64,000 bases of DNA, from NCBI GenBank assembly GCA_036479435.1, contig JAZGFI010000170.1:1-64000 (forward strand), given 5' to 3'. Positions 38,821 through 46,768 of the stretch are shown piece after piece. Within the stretch, counting starts at the first letter, position 1. Each line of letters opens with the position of its first letter. Source of the stretch: Planctomycetota bacterium. Lineage in GTDB: Bacteria; Planctomycetota; GCA-002687715; DRQF01. The notes below the pieces were generated by a model. It was given only the letters and a program-made list of their open reading frames with translations. It was not told the DNA's origin and did no database searches. A program made the translations under genes and the position numbers.

Positions 38821-41175
38821 CTAAAAGAGAATAAAGGTCCCGAAGGGCACCGCCGCGCCGCTGCCGGTTTCGAGGGCAGTCCAGAGCGAAAGCGCGGGTT
38901 GCGTTCCAATCGGAATGAGCTCTAAGATTGAATCCGGAGCCATGGTCGAGGAATAAGTGCCGAGAACGTTCGAGATTCCCGTTCCTAAGCCGTCGCTGAG
39001 GTCGGTGTCGGGTCCCACGGTGTCGTCGCCGTCGGTGATGCCGATGATGAGGTCGTGGTTGTTCGACGCTGGAGTCACATCGGCGAGGTAGTTGCTGAGA
39101 TCGAAAGTGATCGAACCGGGGCCGAAACAACCAAAGCACACCGAAGCCGAGCCCGCGGGGCTTTGAGTGTCCCAGTGATCTTGGTTTTTGAACTCGACCA
39201 TCGTCGATCCCAAGGTGAGGTCTTCGGTGACTTCGAAGGTTGCGGCGGCGTTGGCCGGATTGTTTAGGTCTGAGTAGATCACCGCGACCAAGGGGTTGGG
39301 AGTAACTGTTGGGGGGACAACCAAGCCCGCGAAAACCTCGGGGATCGACTCCTCGAAGTTCAAGATGGCAGAGCCGAAGGTGATGTAGCCGTAGCGGGAA
39401 ATCCAGAAGCTCGAGTAGGATACGCCGTAATAATTGATGGTGTTAGCCGTCAGGTTATGCAACTGAGATTGACTGTTGGCGTTACTGAAGACGCTCAGTG
39501 GATAGCTCGTAAACAAGCTCGTTGCGGTGGCCAACTGCAAGGTTTTGGTGATGACGGTGCCGCTGTTGAAGGTCACCTGGACGTCGATGGGACCGGGCAT
39601 AAAACCCGCCGCCGTGAAGGCCGGGGTGACAATCTGTAAACCTTCGCCGTTGCGGAAGGGCGAAGTGGCGGGGTTGTTGGCAAGGGCCGGGGCCGCGGTG
39701 TTACTGCCGTCGAAAATTCCGATCACGGTGCCCGGCAGGGCGATGCCGTTGGGATCGAAGATAACGCTGCCACCTAATCCGCTAGTGCCGTCGTTGAAGT
39801 TGAGAAATTTGCCGACCAAGTTGACGGTTTCGGCGCCGATGGCATCTAGGGACGCCACATCGGCCCCCAAGAAGTCGTCAAGAGCCGGAGCACTTGGCTG
39901 GCTCGTGTAGCCCGCGTCTCCCGGTATGAACACCCAGGGGTTCGGGACAAAGGTCACCGATTGTGCATTCCAGCTATGCATACTGGAATAGGCGCGCGGC
40001 GTCCCCATTCCGTCGAAGCCCAGTAGACTGTTGGCGGTACCGGAGGCGTCGTGCTCTTCGAGCTGCGCCAAGCCAGGACCGACGATTTGGGAAGAGTGGA
40101 GGTCAAGGTCTCCGGGAGTACCCGCAAGGAGCGCGCCCCCTGGAGTATGGCCGATAATGCCGTCACCGTTTTGGCTGGTTGCCGTCGGGTCCGTAACCAA
40201 GATGTCGACGGTGAACTCGCCTTCGAGCGGGTTGACGACCAAGGGGTCACTCAGTTCGAGACGAACTTCGAAGTTGTTGCTGTCGTTGCCGAGGAAATGA
40301 TCGATGCCGGTCGGGTCAACCGCCGGGTCTCCGAAGGCGATGCGCACAGAGTTTCCGATTTCTTCGTAGAGCAAGGATTCCATTCCAGCTTGGTTTTGCC
40401 AGTCAGCAACCCAAGCTGCGATCGAAGGCGTACCGAGGGCGAAGGCAACCGTGTCGGTGTTGAATCCGGGCGGCGAGTAGGAAGTAGCGGTGCCAAAAGA
40501 AAGGATGCCTTTTGAACCGATCCACACGCTGGTATAGGCCACGCCGTGAAAGTTGAAGGTGCGACCCGCCAGGAAGCCGACATTAACGGAACCAAGTGAG
40601 CCGGTTTGAATGGGGAGGATCTGGCCCGCGACGAAGTTGGCGTCGACGGCTTCCGTCATATCGAGGAAAAAAGGCTGAGTGGGGTCTTCCACAATCGCCT
40701 GCAAGGCGTAGTGCGAGCCAGCCAGCCCGGCGGATGCCGTCAGGTCAAAGTCAAAGCGCGGAGGAGTGCTTGTCGTCAAGTCTCCGGAGTCGGTGGCGAA
40801 AAAGCCGTCGAGGGGGCCGGAACTGAGGTTGATGCCGTCGCCTAAGATGTCGATGACCATGGGCACTGAAGGCGCGAACACGCCGATGTCGACGCTGCCG
40901 CCCCAGGGGACTGGGAATACGGATCCCGTCGGGTCGATGACGCTGCCCAACAAGATCAAGGGCGCGTTAGGATTGGCGTTGCTTTCGATGTCAATATCGA
41001 AGGGGCCAGGGACAAAGACGTTGACGTTGTGAGCGGTGGGGTCGGCCACGCTCGGCGTCATCTGTTGGAGTCTGAAGACGGCGTTCGGGCCGTCTGTGTC
41101 AAATTGGCCGACGGCCGTCGAAACGGAGCCGATTAGCAGCCAGAGCGCAGCAAGTGAGACGATTGAGATTCTCAT
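38821..41175 (-). CDS. Secreted protein with the shared module and two NIDO-like domains
   Basis: Signal peptide MRISIVSLAALWLL; FNFHGVAYTSVWIGSKGILSFG and INYYGVSYSSFWISRYGYITFG. Confidence 0.8.
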   Translation of the reverse strand: MRISIVSLAALWLLIGSVSTAVGQFDTDGPNAVFRLQQMTPSVADPTAHNVNVFVPGPFDIDIESNANPNAPLILLGSVIDPTGSVFPVPWGGSVDIGVFAPSVPMVIDILGDGINLSSGPLDGFFATDSGDLTTSTPPRFDFDLTASAGLAGSHYALQAIVEDPTQPFFLDMTEAVDANFVAGQILPIQTGSLGSVNVGFLAGRTFNFHGVAYTSVWIGSKGILSFGTATSYSPPGFNTDTVAFALGTPSIAAWVADWQNQAGMESLLYEEIGNSVRIAFGDPAVDPTGIDHFLGNDSNNFEVRLELSDPLVVNPLEGEFTVDILVTDPTATSQNGDGIIGHTPGGALLAGTPGDLDLHSSQIVGPGLAQLEEHDASGTANSLLGFDGMGTPRAYSSMHSWNAQSVTFVPNPWVFIPGDAGYTSQPSAPALDDFLGADVASLDAIGAETVNLVGKFLNFNDGTSGLGGSVIFDPNGIALPGTVIGIFDGSNTAAPALANNPATSPFRNGEGLQIVTPAFTAAGFMPGPIDVQVTFNSGTVITKTLQLATATSLFTSYPLSVFSNANSQSQLHNLTANTINYYGVSYSSFWISRYGYITFGSAILNFEESIPEVFAGLVVPPTVTPNPLVAVIYSDLNNPANAAATFEVTEDLTLGSTMVEFKNQDHWDTQSPAGSASVCFGCFGPGSITFDLSNYLADVTPASNNHDLIIGITDGDDTVGPDTDLSDGLGTGISNVLGTYSSTMAPDSILELIPIGTQPALSLWTALETGSGAAVPFGTFILF

Positions 41176-41394
41176 CGAACAGTGCCTTCCGGTGATATGG
41201 CAAGAGTGAATGGGTTCGTGGGATCGTAGAGTCGCAGCGGCGCCTGTGAAGTTTGTCGCCGCAAGGCGCGATTCTAACAAGCTGGGCGGTCAAGATCAGT
41301 TGGCTTGCAATCGCTTGGCAACTTGGCGCTTCCAAGCGGTGGGGGCTTGGGTTAACCTCCTTGTCAACTGTAGCTTGTGGAAGAGGGATAGTTC

Positions 41395-44300
41395 ATGACC
41401 GGCTTTGTTCAATCGTGGGGCGCCTGGGTCGCTCTCAGCTTTTTTACCTTGGCAGCCTGGGGCCAGAACCAAGCGCCGGTCGTGAGCATCGCCGCGGTGC
41501 CGAATCTGACCGCGCCGGCGACCATCGCTTCGCTAAGCGCCACGGTCAGCGATGACGGTCTTTCGGGCCAGCCCCTAGTTCTTTGGTGGGCGAAATTCGA
41601 AGGGCCCGGTCGGGTGACCTTTGAGGACCGGGAAGTGGCGGCAACCACCGCCCACTTTGATGTCGCCGGAGACTACGTCTTGCAGCTAACCGCCGACGAT
41701 GGTCTTTTGAGAACGCGTACCTTCGTCAATGTCACCTTGAATGATCCGGCGAATCTTCCGGTCGTGGTGCAAGACATCCTCGACGCGACGGCAAGCAACG
41801 GACTCGATCCGCTCTTTGAGGAACGCTTTTTGACGCGTTCGGCCGGGACCGTTCCGCCGAACGCGACCGGGGCGCAATACTACGCGGCCATCGACCCCCT
41901 CAATGAACGCACTACCTTTACCGATTGGAAACAGATCAACGGATTCCCGCTGGCCGCGCCGCCATTGGTCTTGGTGGCTTCCGACACGAGCACCGGTTGT
42001 TGCGCGGCCGCGGTTTACGGCAATGCATCAGATCTTGGATTCGGGCGGCGCATGGTGATGGGGCGCAACGGCGAAGATGTGTCGTTTTACGTCGAGAACT
42101 ACCGTAGCGTCGATTCGACGGTTGCAGAGAACGGTGCCGACTTTTTGGCAACTGTGACGATGGAGTACTCCGGCCTGCCCGGTGACGATCCGGCGAACCG
42201 TTACATCAAGTTCTTTGTCTTTGACGAGCAAGGCAACCGCATCACGGACATCGACTTCGATGGCCGGGGTCCGAAGACGGTACCCGCGGCCTGCGTTGTG
42301 TGCCATGGCGGCACCTATATGCCCGACGGTTCCCTGCCGGCGGAGGGACGACTTGGCTCGATCTACTTGCCCTTTGACACCTCTAACCTCGACTACCCGG
42401 CTGACCCTGAGTTCGCTTTGCGCGAGCAAGAGGCTCCGATCCGAGAGTTTAACCTGGCGATCATGGACACCAACATCCCGATGGCCGTGCGCGAACTCAT
42501 CGAGGGTTTCTACGGCGGGTTTGGCCTGCCTTCCATGCAGCAAAACCAGGCCTTTGTCCCCTCGGGCTGGACGAATGAGCCCGAGCTCTATCGCCAAGTC
42601 GTGGCTCCCTCCTGTCGCAGTTGCCATGTCGCGCGAACGAGTACCTTGGGCGACTTCGACCGCATCGAGGATTGGTCGGATCCAGCGCGGGCTTTGATTA
42701 TCAGCGGCTCATTTGTGTTTGGGCCGACTCCGTCTGGTTTTCGCATGCCTCATGCGCTGACAACCTTCACTCGCTTTTGGTTGAGTACGAGTCCGAGCCA
42801 ACCGGATGTGTTGGCCTCCGCATTTGATGCTAGCGGAGCTTTCATCGGGCTCGGCGCGCCTCCCGGACGGATCTACGTCGATGCTAATGCCATCGGGGCC
42901 GCAACGGACGGATCGAGCTGGGAGAATGCCATGCTCGAAGTGTCGGACGCGCTCGACCAAGCCGCGATTCCCGCCAATGGCATCACGGAGATCTGGGTTG
43001 CGGCCGGCACTTACTTGCCCTCGACCGCCGGACTCGGCGATGTGCGCGATGCGACCTTCAATCTGGCATCAAGTGTTTCAATCTATGGCGGATTCCTCGG
43101 CGGCGAGACGCTGCTTGAAGAGCGAGTCCCGGGCGCGAACGCCACTGTGCTTAGCGGCGACCTTTCCGGCGACGACGACGACGCTTTCGGATTCATCGGC
43201 GATAATGTCCGTCATGTGGTGACGGCGAATGCGACGAGTTCCGCGACGCGCCTCGACGGCTTGACGATTCGCGGTGGCAATGCCGAAGGGGCCTTCGATG
43301 CCAGGGGGGGTGGTGTTCATCTGAGCGCTGGTGCCCTCGCCTTAGTGAATTGCGTCGTCAATCTAAATACGGCCACCGAGGGCGGCGGCGTCTTTGTGGA
43401 TGCCGGGATCTTGCGAGCGGTCGCGAGCAACTGGACAGAGAACCGTGCCGAACTTGTGGGCGCGGGCCTGAGTTTGGACAACGGCGCTGAAGTTGAGGCG
43501 ACGAGTTCGGTTTTTCATCACAATGTCGTGACGATGGCGACGGGACTCGGCGGCGCCATCTACGCATTCGGAGGCGACGTGCAGCTGCGCAATGTCAGCA
43601 TGAACCGAAACGTTGCGGACGTCTCTGGCGGCGGTTTGCATGCAGTCGGTGGTGGTGATGTGCGCATCGTCAACTCGATCTTTTGGGAAAACGACTCCAC
43701 GGGCTTTAACGAAGACGCACAGATTGCGTTCGACAATTCTCAGGGGGTCGTGGTCTTCGCCGTCGATCGTTCCATCGTGACCGGCCTGACCGGTGCGCTT
43801 GGGGGCATGGACAACAGTGGGGCCGACCCTTTGTTTGTCGATGCGCTCGGTGCCGATGGTGTCCTTGGAACCCTAGATGAGATCTTTGAGCTTGGGGAAG
43901 GGTCCCCGGCGATCGACCAGGGCGACAACAACTCGCTTAGCAGCGACTTTTTCGACCTGGACAACGACGGCGACCTCGGGGAGTTGAGCTCGCTCGATGC
44001 CGCGGCCAAGCCGCGTTTCTTCGAGGATTTCATCTCGGCCAACTTTGTTGCCGGCGGGGTGACGCCTCTCGACTTGGGGGCTTTCGAATATGACCGCCCC
44101 TCTCTCGGGGCGGTTGGTGCCGGGAACGTCGGCATCGGCGTTGGCGGTCCCTTCGACATCTTGTCGGTCAACGCTAGCTTTGGCGGAGCGCCGCGTCGGG
44201 TGGATGTTGGTTTGAACCAGCCGATCCTCATTGACGTCGCGCAGCCGCCTTCGAATCCGAGCCCGGCTCCCTTTGCGGTCTTTGGACGTATTGGCGTGCC

Positions 44301-45522
44301 GCAGCCGAGCGAGGCCTTCATTCTTCCTTTCGGCATTGGCTTCATTGCTTTTCCGCCGGAGTTCGTCTCGCCCTTCCAAACTTCATTCGGCTTCACATTG
44401 GCGGACAATATCGGTTTGGGGCGGCCTCCCTTGCTGCCGTCAACGCCGACGCCTTGGTCGGTTAATGTGGCCGGTGGCTTAGATGTCGTTTCAGACATTG
44501 TGTTGCAAGGCATCGTGTTTGATCCGACAAGTCCCTTTTTCGTGCGCGTCACCAATGGCGTCGTCGTGAGTTTGCGCGAGAACTTCTTGGGCAACGAGAT
44601 TCCGACGGCGGTGGTCACCGAGGAGTCCATTCGTGTTTGCGTCAACCAGGCGGTCACGATGATGGGAGTCGACTCTAGCGACCCCGACGGCGACATGCTC
44701 GGATTTACTTGGACGCAGACGATGGGAACGGCGGTGGTTCTGATCGGGGCCGATACGGATACAGCGAGCTTCACGGCGCCTGCCGTTGGCGAGATATTGA
44801 CCTTCGAGTTGGTCGTCGATGATGGCGTTGCCTCCAGCGACCCAGTCGTGGTGACCGTGGAAGTCGCAGATAGCGGTGAGCCGATTGCCATTGCGGGCGC
44901 GGACGTGGAAGCCATCACCAATGCAACGGTGACGCTCGACGGTTCGGCTTCTTGTGATCCCGACCAAGTCGCGCTGGTCAGTTTCAATTGGACTCTCATC
45001 AGTGGTCCTGCGGTGGTGCCGCCGATCGCCATGACGGCGATGCCAAGCTTCACGGCGCCGTCTACTTCAACCACTTACGTCTTCGAGTTGACGGTTACAG
45101 ATGCGGAAGGTTTGACTTCAGATCCCGATTCGGTGGTGGTTCAAGTCTTCACGTCCTTTGACAACGACGTGTTCCCGCTGTTTGACTCGATCACGGGTGA
45201 CTTGGGCCTAGTGTGCATCATTTGCCACTCCGCGAGCCACCCCGGAGGCGCGAGCGGCGGGATGGACTTCGACCAGGCGCCGGCCACGGTACGTACGGAC
45301 CTGTTGCTGGGACGCGTCAACGTCCCAGGCGCCGGAAACGGCGACCCCCTGGATAGCCAGCTCCTCACAAGGCCTTTGATGCCGGATGTCGGTCCGGCGG
45401 ATGCGACCCCGCCCACAGGGGATGGCATTTCCCACCCTGGCGGCGTCTTTTTCATGACGGCCTCAGATTCGAACTACCTGATCATCCGCGCTTGGATTGA
45501 AGAAGGCGCCCAAGCGAACTGA
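41395..45522 (+). CDS. Large secreted c-type cytochrome (3 CxxCH) with PKD-like, beta-helix and shared-module domains
   Basis: Signal peptide; N-terminal PKD-like domain (GDYVLQLTADDG); CVVCH and CRSCH; a beta-helix region (IWVAAGTY, GGG repeats, SPAIDQG); two PKD-like repeats; C-terminal CIICH...AWIEEGA. Confidence 0.85.
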   Translation: MTGFVQSWGAWVALSFFTLAAWGQNQAPVVSIAAVPNLTAPATIASLSATVSDDGLSGQPLVLWWAKFEGPGRVTFEDREVAATTAHFDVAGDYVLQLTADDGLLRTRTFVNVTLNDPANLPVVVQDILDATASNGLDPLFEERFLTRSAGTVPPNATGAQYYAAIDPLNERTTFTDWKQINGFPLAAPPLVLVASDTSTGCCAAAVYGNASDLGFGRRMVMGRNGEDVSFYVENYRSVDSTVAENGADFLATVTMEYSGLPGDDPANRYIKFFVFDEQGNRITDIDFDGRGPKTVPAACVVCHGGTYMPDGSLPAEGRLGSIYLPFDTSNLDYPADPEFALREQEAPIREFNLAIMDTNIPMAVRELIEGFYGGFGLPSMQQNQAFVPSGWTNEPELYRQVVAPSCRSCHVARTSTLGDFDRIEDWSDPARALIISGSFVFGPTPSGFRMPHALTTFTRFWLSTSPSQPDVLASAFDASGAFIGLGAPPGRIYVDANAIGAATDGSSWENAMLEVSDALDQAAIPANGITEIWVAAGTYLPSTAGLGDVRDATFNLASSVSIYGGFLGGETLLEERVPGANATVLSGDLSGDDDDAFGFIGDNVRHVVTANATSSATRLDGLTIRGGNAEGAFDARGGGVHLSAGALALVNCVVNLNTATEGGGVFVDAGILRAVASNWTENRAELVGAGLSLDNGAEVEATSSVFHHNVVTMATGLGGAIYAFGGDVQLRNVSMNRNVADVSGGGLHAVGGGDVRIVNSIFWENDSTGFNEDAQIAFDNSQGVVVFAVDRSIVTGLTGALGGMDNSGADPLFVDALGADGVLGTLDEIFELGEGSPAIDQGDNNSLSSDFFDLDNDGDLGELSSLDAAAKPRFFEDFISANFVAGGVTPLDLGAFEYDRPSLGAVGAGNVGIGVGGPFDILSVNASFGGAPRRVDVGLNQPILIDVAQPPSNPSPAPFAVFGRIGVPQPSEAFILPFGIGFIAFPPEFVSPFQTSFGFTLADNIGLGRPPLLPSTPTPWSVNVAGGLDVVSDIVLQGIVFDPTSPFFVRVTNGVVVSLRENFLGNEIPTAVVTEESIRVCVNQAVTMMGVDSSDPDGDMLGFTWTQTMGTAVVLIGADTDTASFTAPAVGEILTFELVVDDGVASSDPVVVTVEVADSGEPIAIAGADVEAITNATVTLDGSASCDPDQVALVSFNWTLISGPAVVPPIAMTAMPSFTAPSTSTTYVFELTVTDAEGLTSDPDSVVVQVFTSFDNDVFPLFDSITGDLGLVCIICHSASHPGGASGGMDFDQAPATVRTDLLLGRVNVPGAGNGDPLDSQLLTRPLMPDVGPADATPPTGDGISHPGGVFFMTASDSNYLIIRAWIEEGAQAN

Positions 45523-45556
45523 TCTTGGGCATCGGAGTGTCGAGGGGCTGGGCTTG

Positions 45557-45639
45557 AAAGGGTGGTGAAAATGGTCTGACGCGAATGAGCGGGGCTCAAA
45601 CCCATGCCCATTCGTGTCAGACCATTTTCACCACCCTTT
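45557..45639. repeat. Long near-perfect inverted repeat, REP/REPIN-like
   Basis: AAAGGGTGGTGAAAATGGTCTGAC and GTCAGACCATTTTCACCACCCTTT form a perfect 24-bp stem that continues inward imperfectly. Confidence 0.85.
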
Positions 45640-45912
45640 TGGGCCTGCTGGCCTCTGGCCACCAACGAGCGAGATCTTAATGGAGCTGCGACGGGGCTTG
45701 GTCTCGGCCGTGGCTCTTTTTTTTCGGGAACTTTGTAGGGCTTCTTTCACGCGTTTCTCCCGATATGGCCCTATGTTACAGTCACCGCCGTGATGAAGGA
45801 GCGGAGTGGGTAAAGACCCTCTTGGCTCGATACCTAGTCGAAGCCGATGACATTCACGGAGTCGTGCTTCGGCCGAATCAGTGGCGATCTCGGTCATGCA
45901 AAGGGGCGTGAA

Positions 45913-46758
45913 ATGTCTGTTCTTAACTTCAAGTCGTTTGCTATTGGCGTCGCCGTCTTTCTCGGCGTCCTTTCACTCGTGGGCTGCGGCTCGACGGGAG
46001 GTGGCTCCGGATCGGGCGGTGGAAGCTCTTCAGCGGGTGCGAGCGCTGGTGGCCCCGATGTTCTCGACCTGACCTGGGGTACAACGCGCGGCGGCTACGG
46101 CACGGCCCGCGGTCGGACGCGTGATCGCTATGAAGAAGTCGTGCAGCAAGTGCGTCGCTACGACAAGGACTACTACGTCCGCCAAGTGAGAACCGTTGAT
46201 GCGCAAGGTGCGCCGCTGCGTCCGATCGAACAGGTGAAGTTCAAACAGAACGTGCGCCCTAACGTGAAGCCGAAGTCGGTGAGTCTGAAGCCCAAAAAGA
46301 TGGCCAACGACACGACCTTTTTGGATTCGGACGGCAATCCGCGCAAGTTCTCGAGCTTCCGTGGCAAACCTCTCGTTCTCGTCTTCACACGAGGATTCCC
46401 GGGTTACATTTGCCCGATGTGTACATCCTACACCGCGCAGATCACGGTCAACTACTCAAAGATCCAAGCCTTGGGCGCGGAAGTGGCTATTGTCTTTCCC
46501 GGATCTGAGGACGAAGTCGACGACTTCGTGAATGCCGCACAGGATATCGCCGAGACCGACGATGACATCCCCTTTCCGATTCTTCTCGATCCGCGTTTGT
46601 TAGCTGTGTCGCGTTTTGGAATTGAGGCTGACCTCGCTCGTCCTTCGACCTACATCTTCGATTCCCAAGGTGAAATGCAATGGGGTTATGTCGGTGACCA
46701 ACCCCACGACCGTCCGGATGTCGCGACGATTCTGAAAGAACTCGCCAAGATCAAGTGA
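45913..46758 (+). CDS. Lipoprotein AhpC/TSA-family redoxin (CxxC)
   Basis: LVGC lipobox, Gly/Ser linker, FRGKPLVLVF, CPMC, FPILLDP, PSTYIFD. Confidence 0.85.
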   Translation: MSVLNFKSFAIGVAVFLGVLSLVGCGSTGGGSGSGGGSSSAGASAGGPDVLDLTWGTTRGGYGTARGRTRDRYEEVVQQVRRYDKDYYVRQVRTVDAQGAPLRPIEQVKFKQNVRPNVKPKSVSLKPKKMANDTTFLDSDGNPRKFSSFRGKPLVLVFTRGFPGYICPMCTSYTAQITVNYSKIQALGAEVAIVFPGSEDEVDDFVNAAQDIAETDDDIPFPILLDPRLLAVSRFGIEADLARPSTYIFDSQGEMQWGYVGDQPHDRPDVATILKELAKIK

Positions 46759-46768
46759 GGGCTTCGCC

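Noticed and set aside
43740..45074. Long antisense ORFs (444 aa here; also 32159-33142 and 59341-60129)
   Set aside because: They are shadows of well-supported genes on the opposite strand, as expected at high GC.
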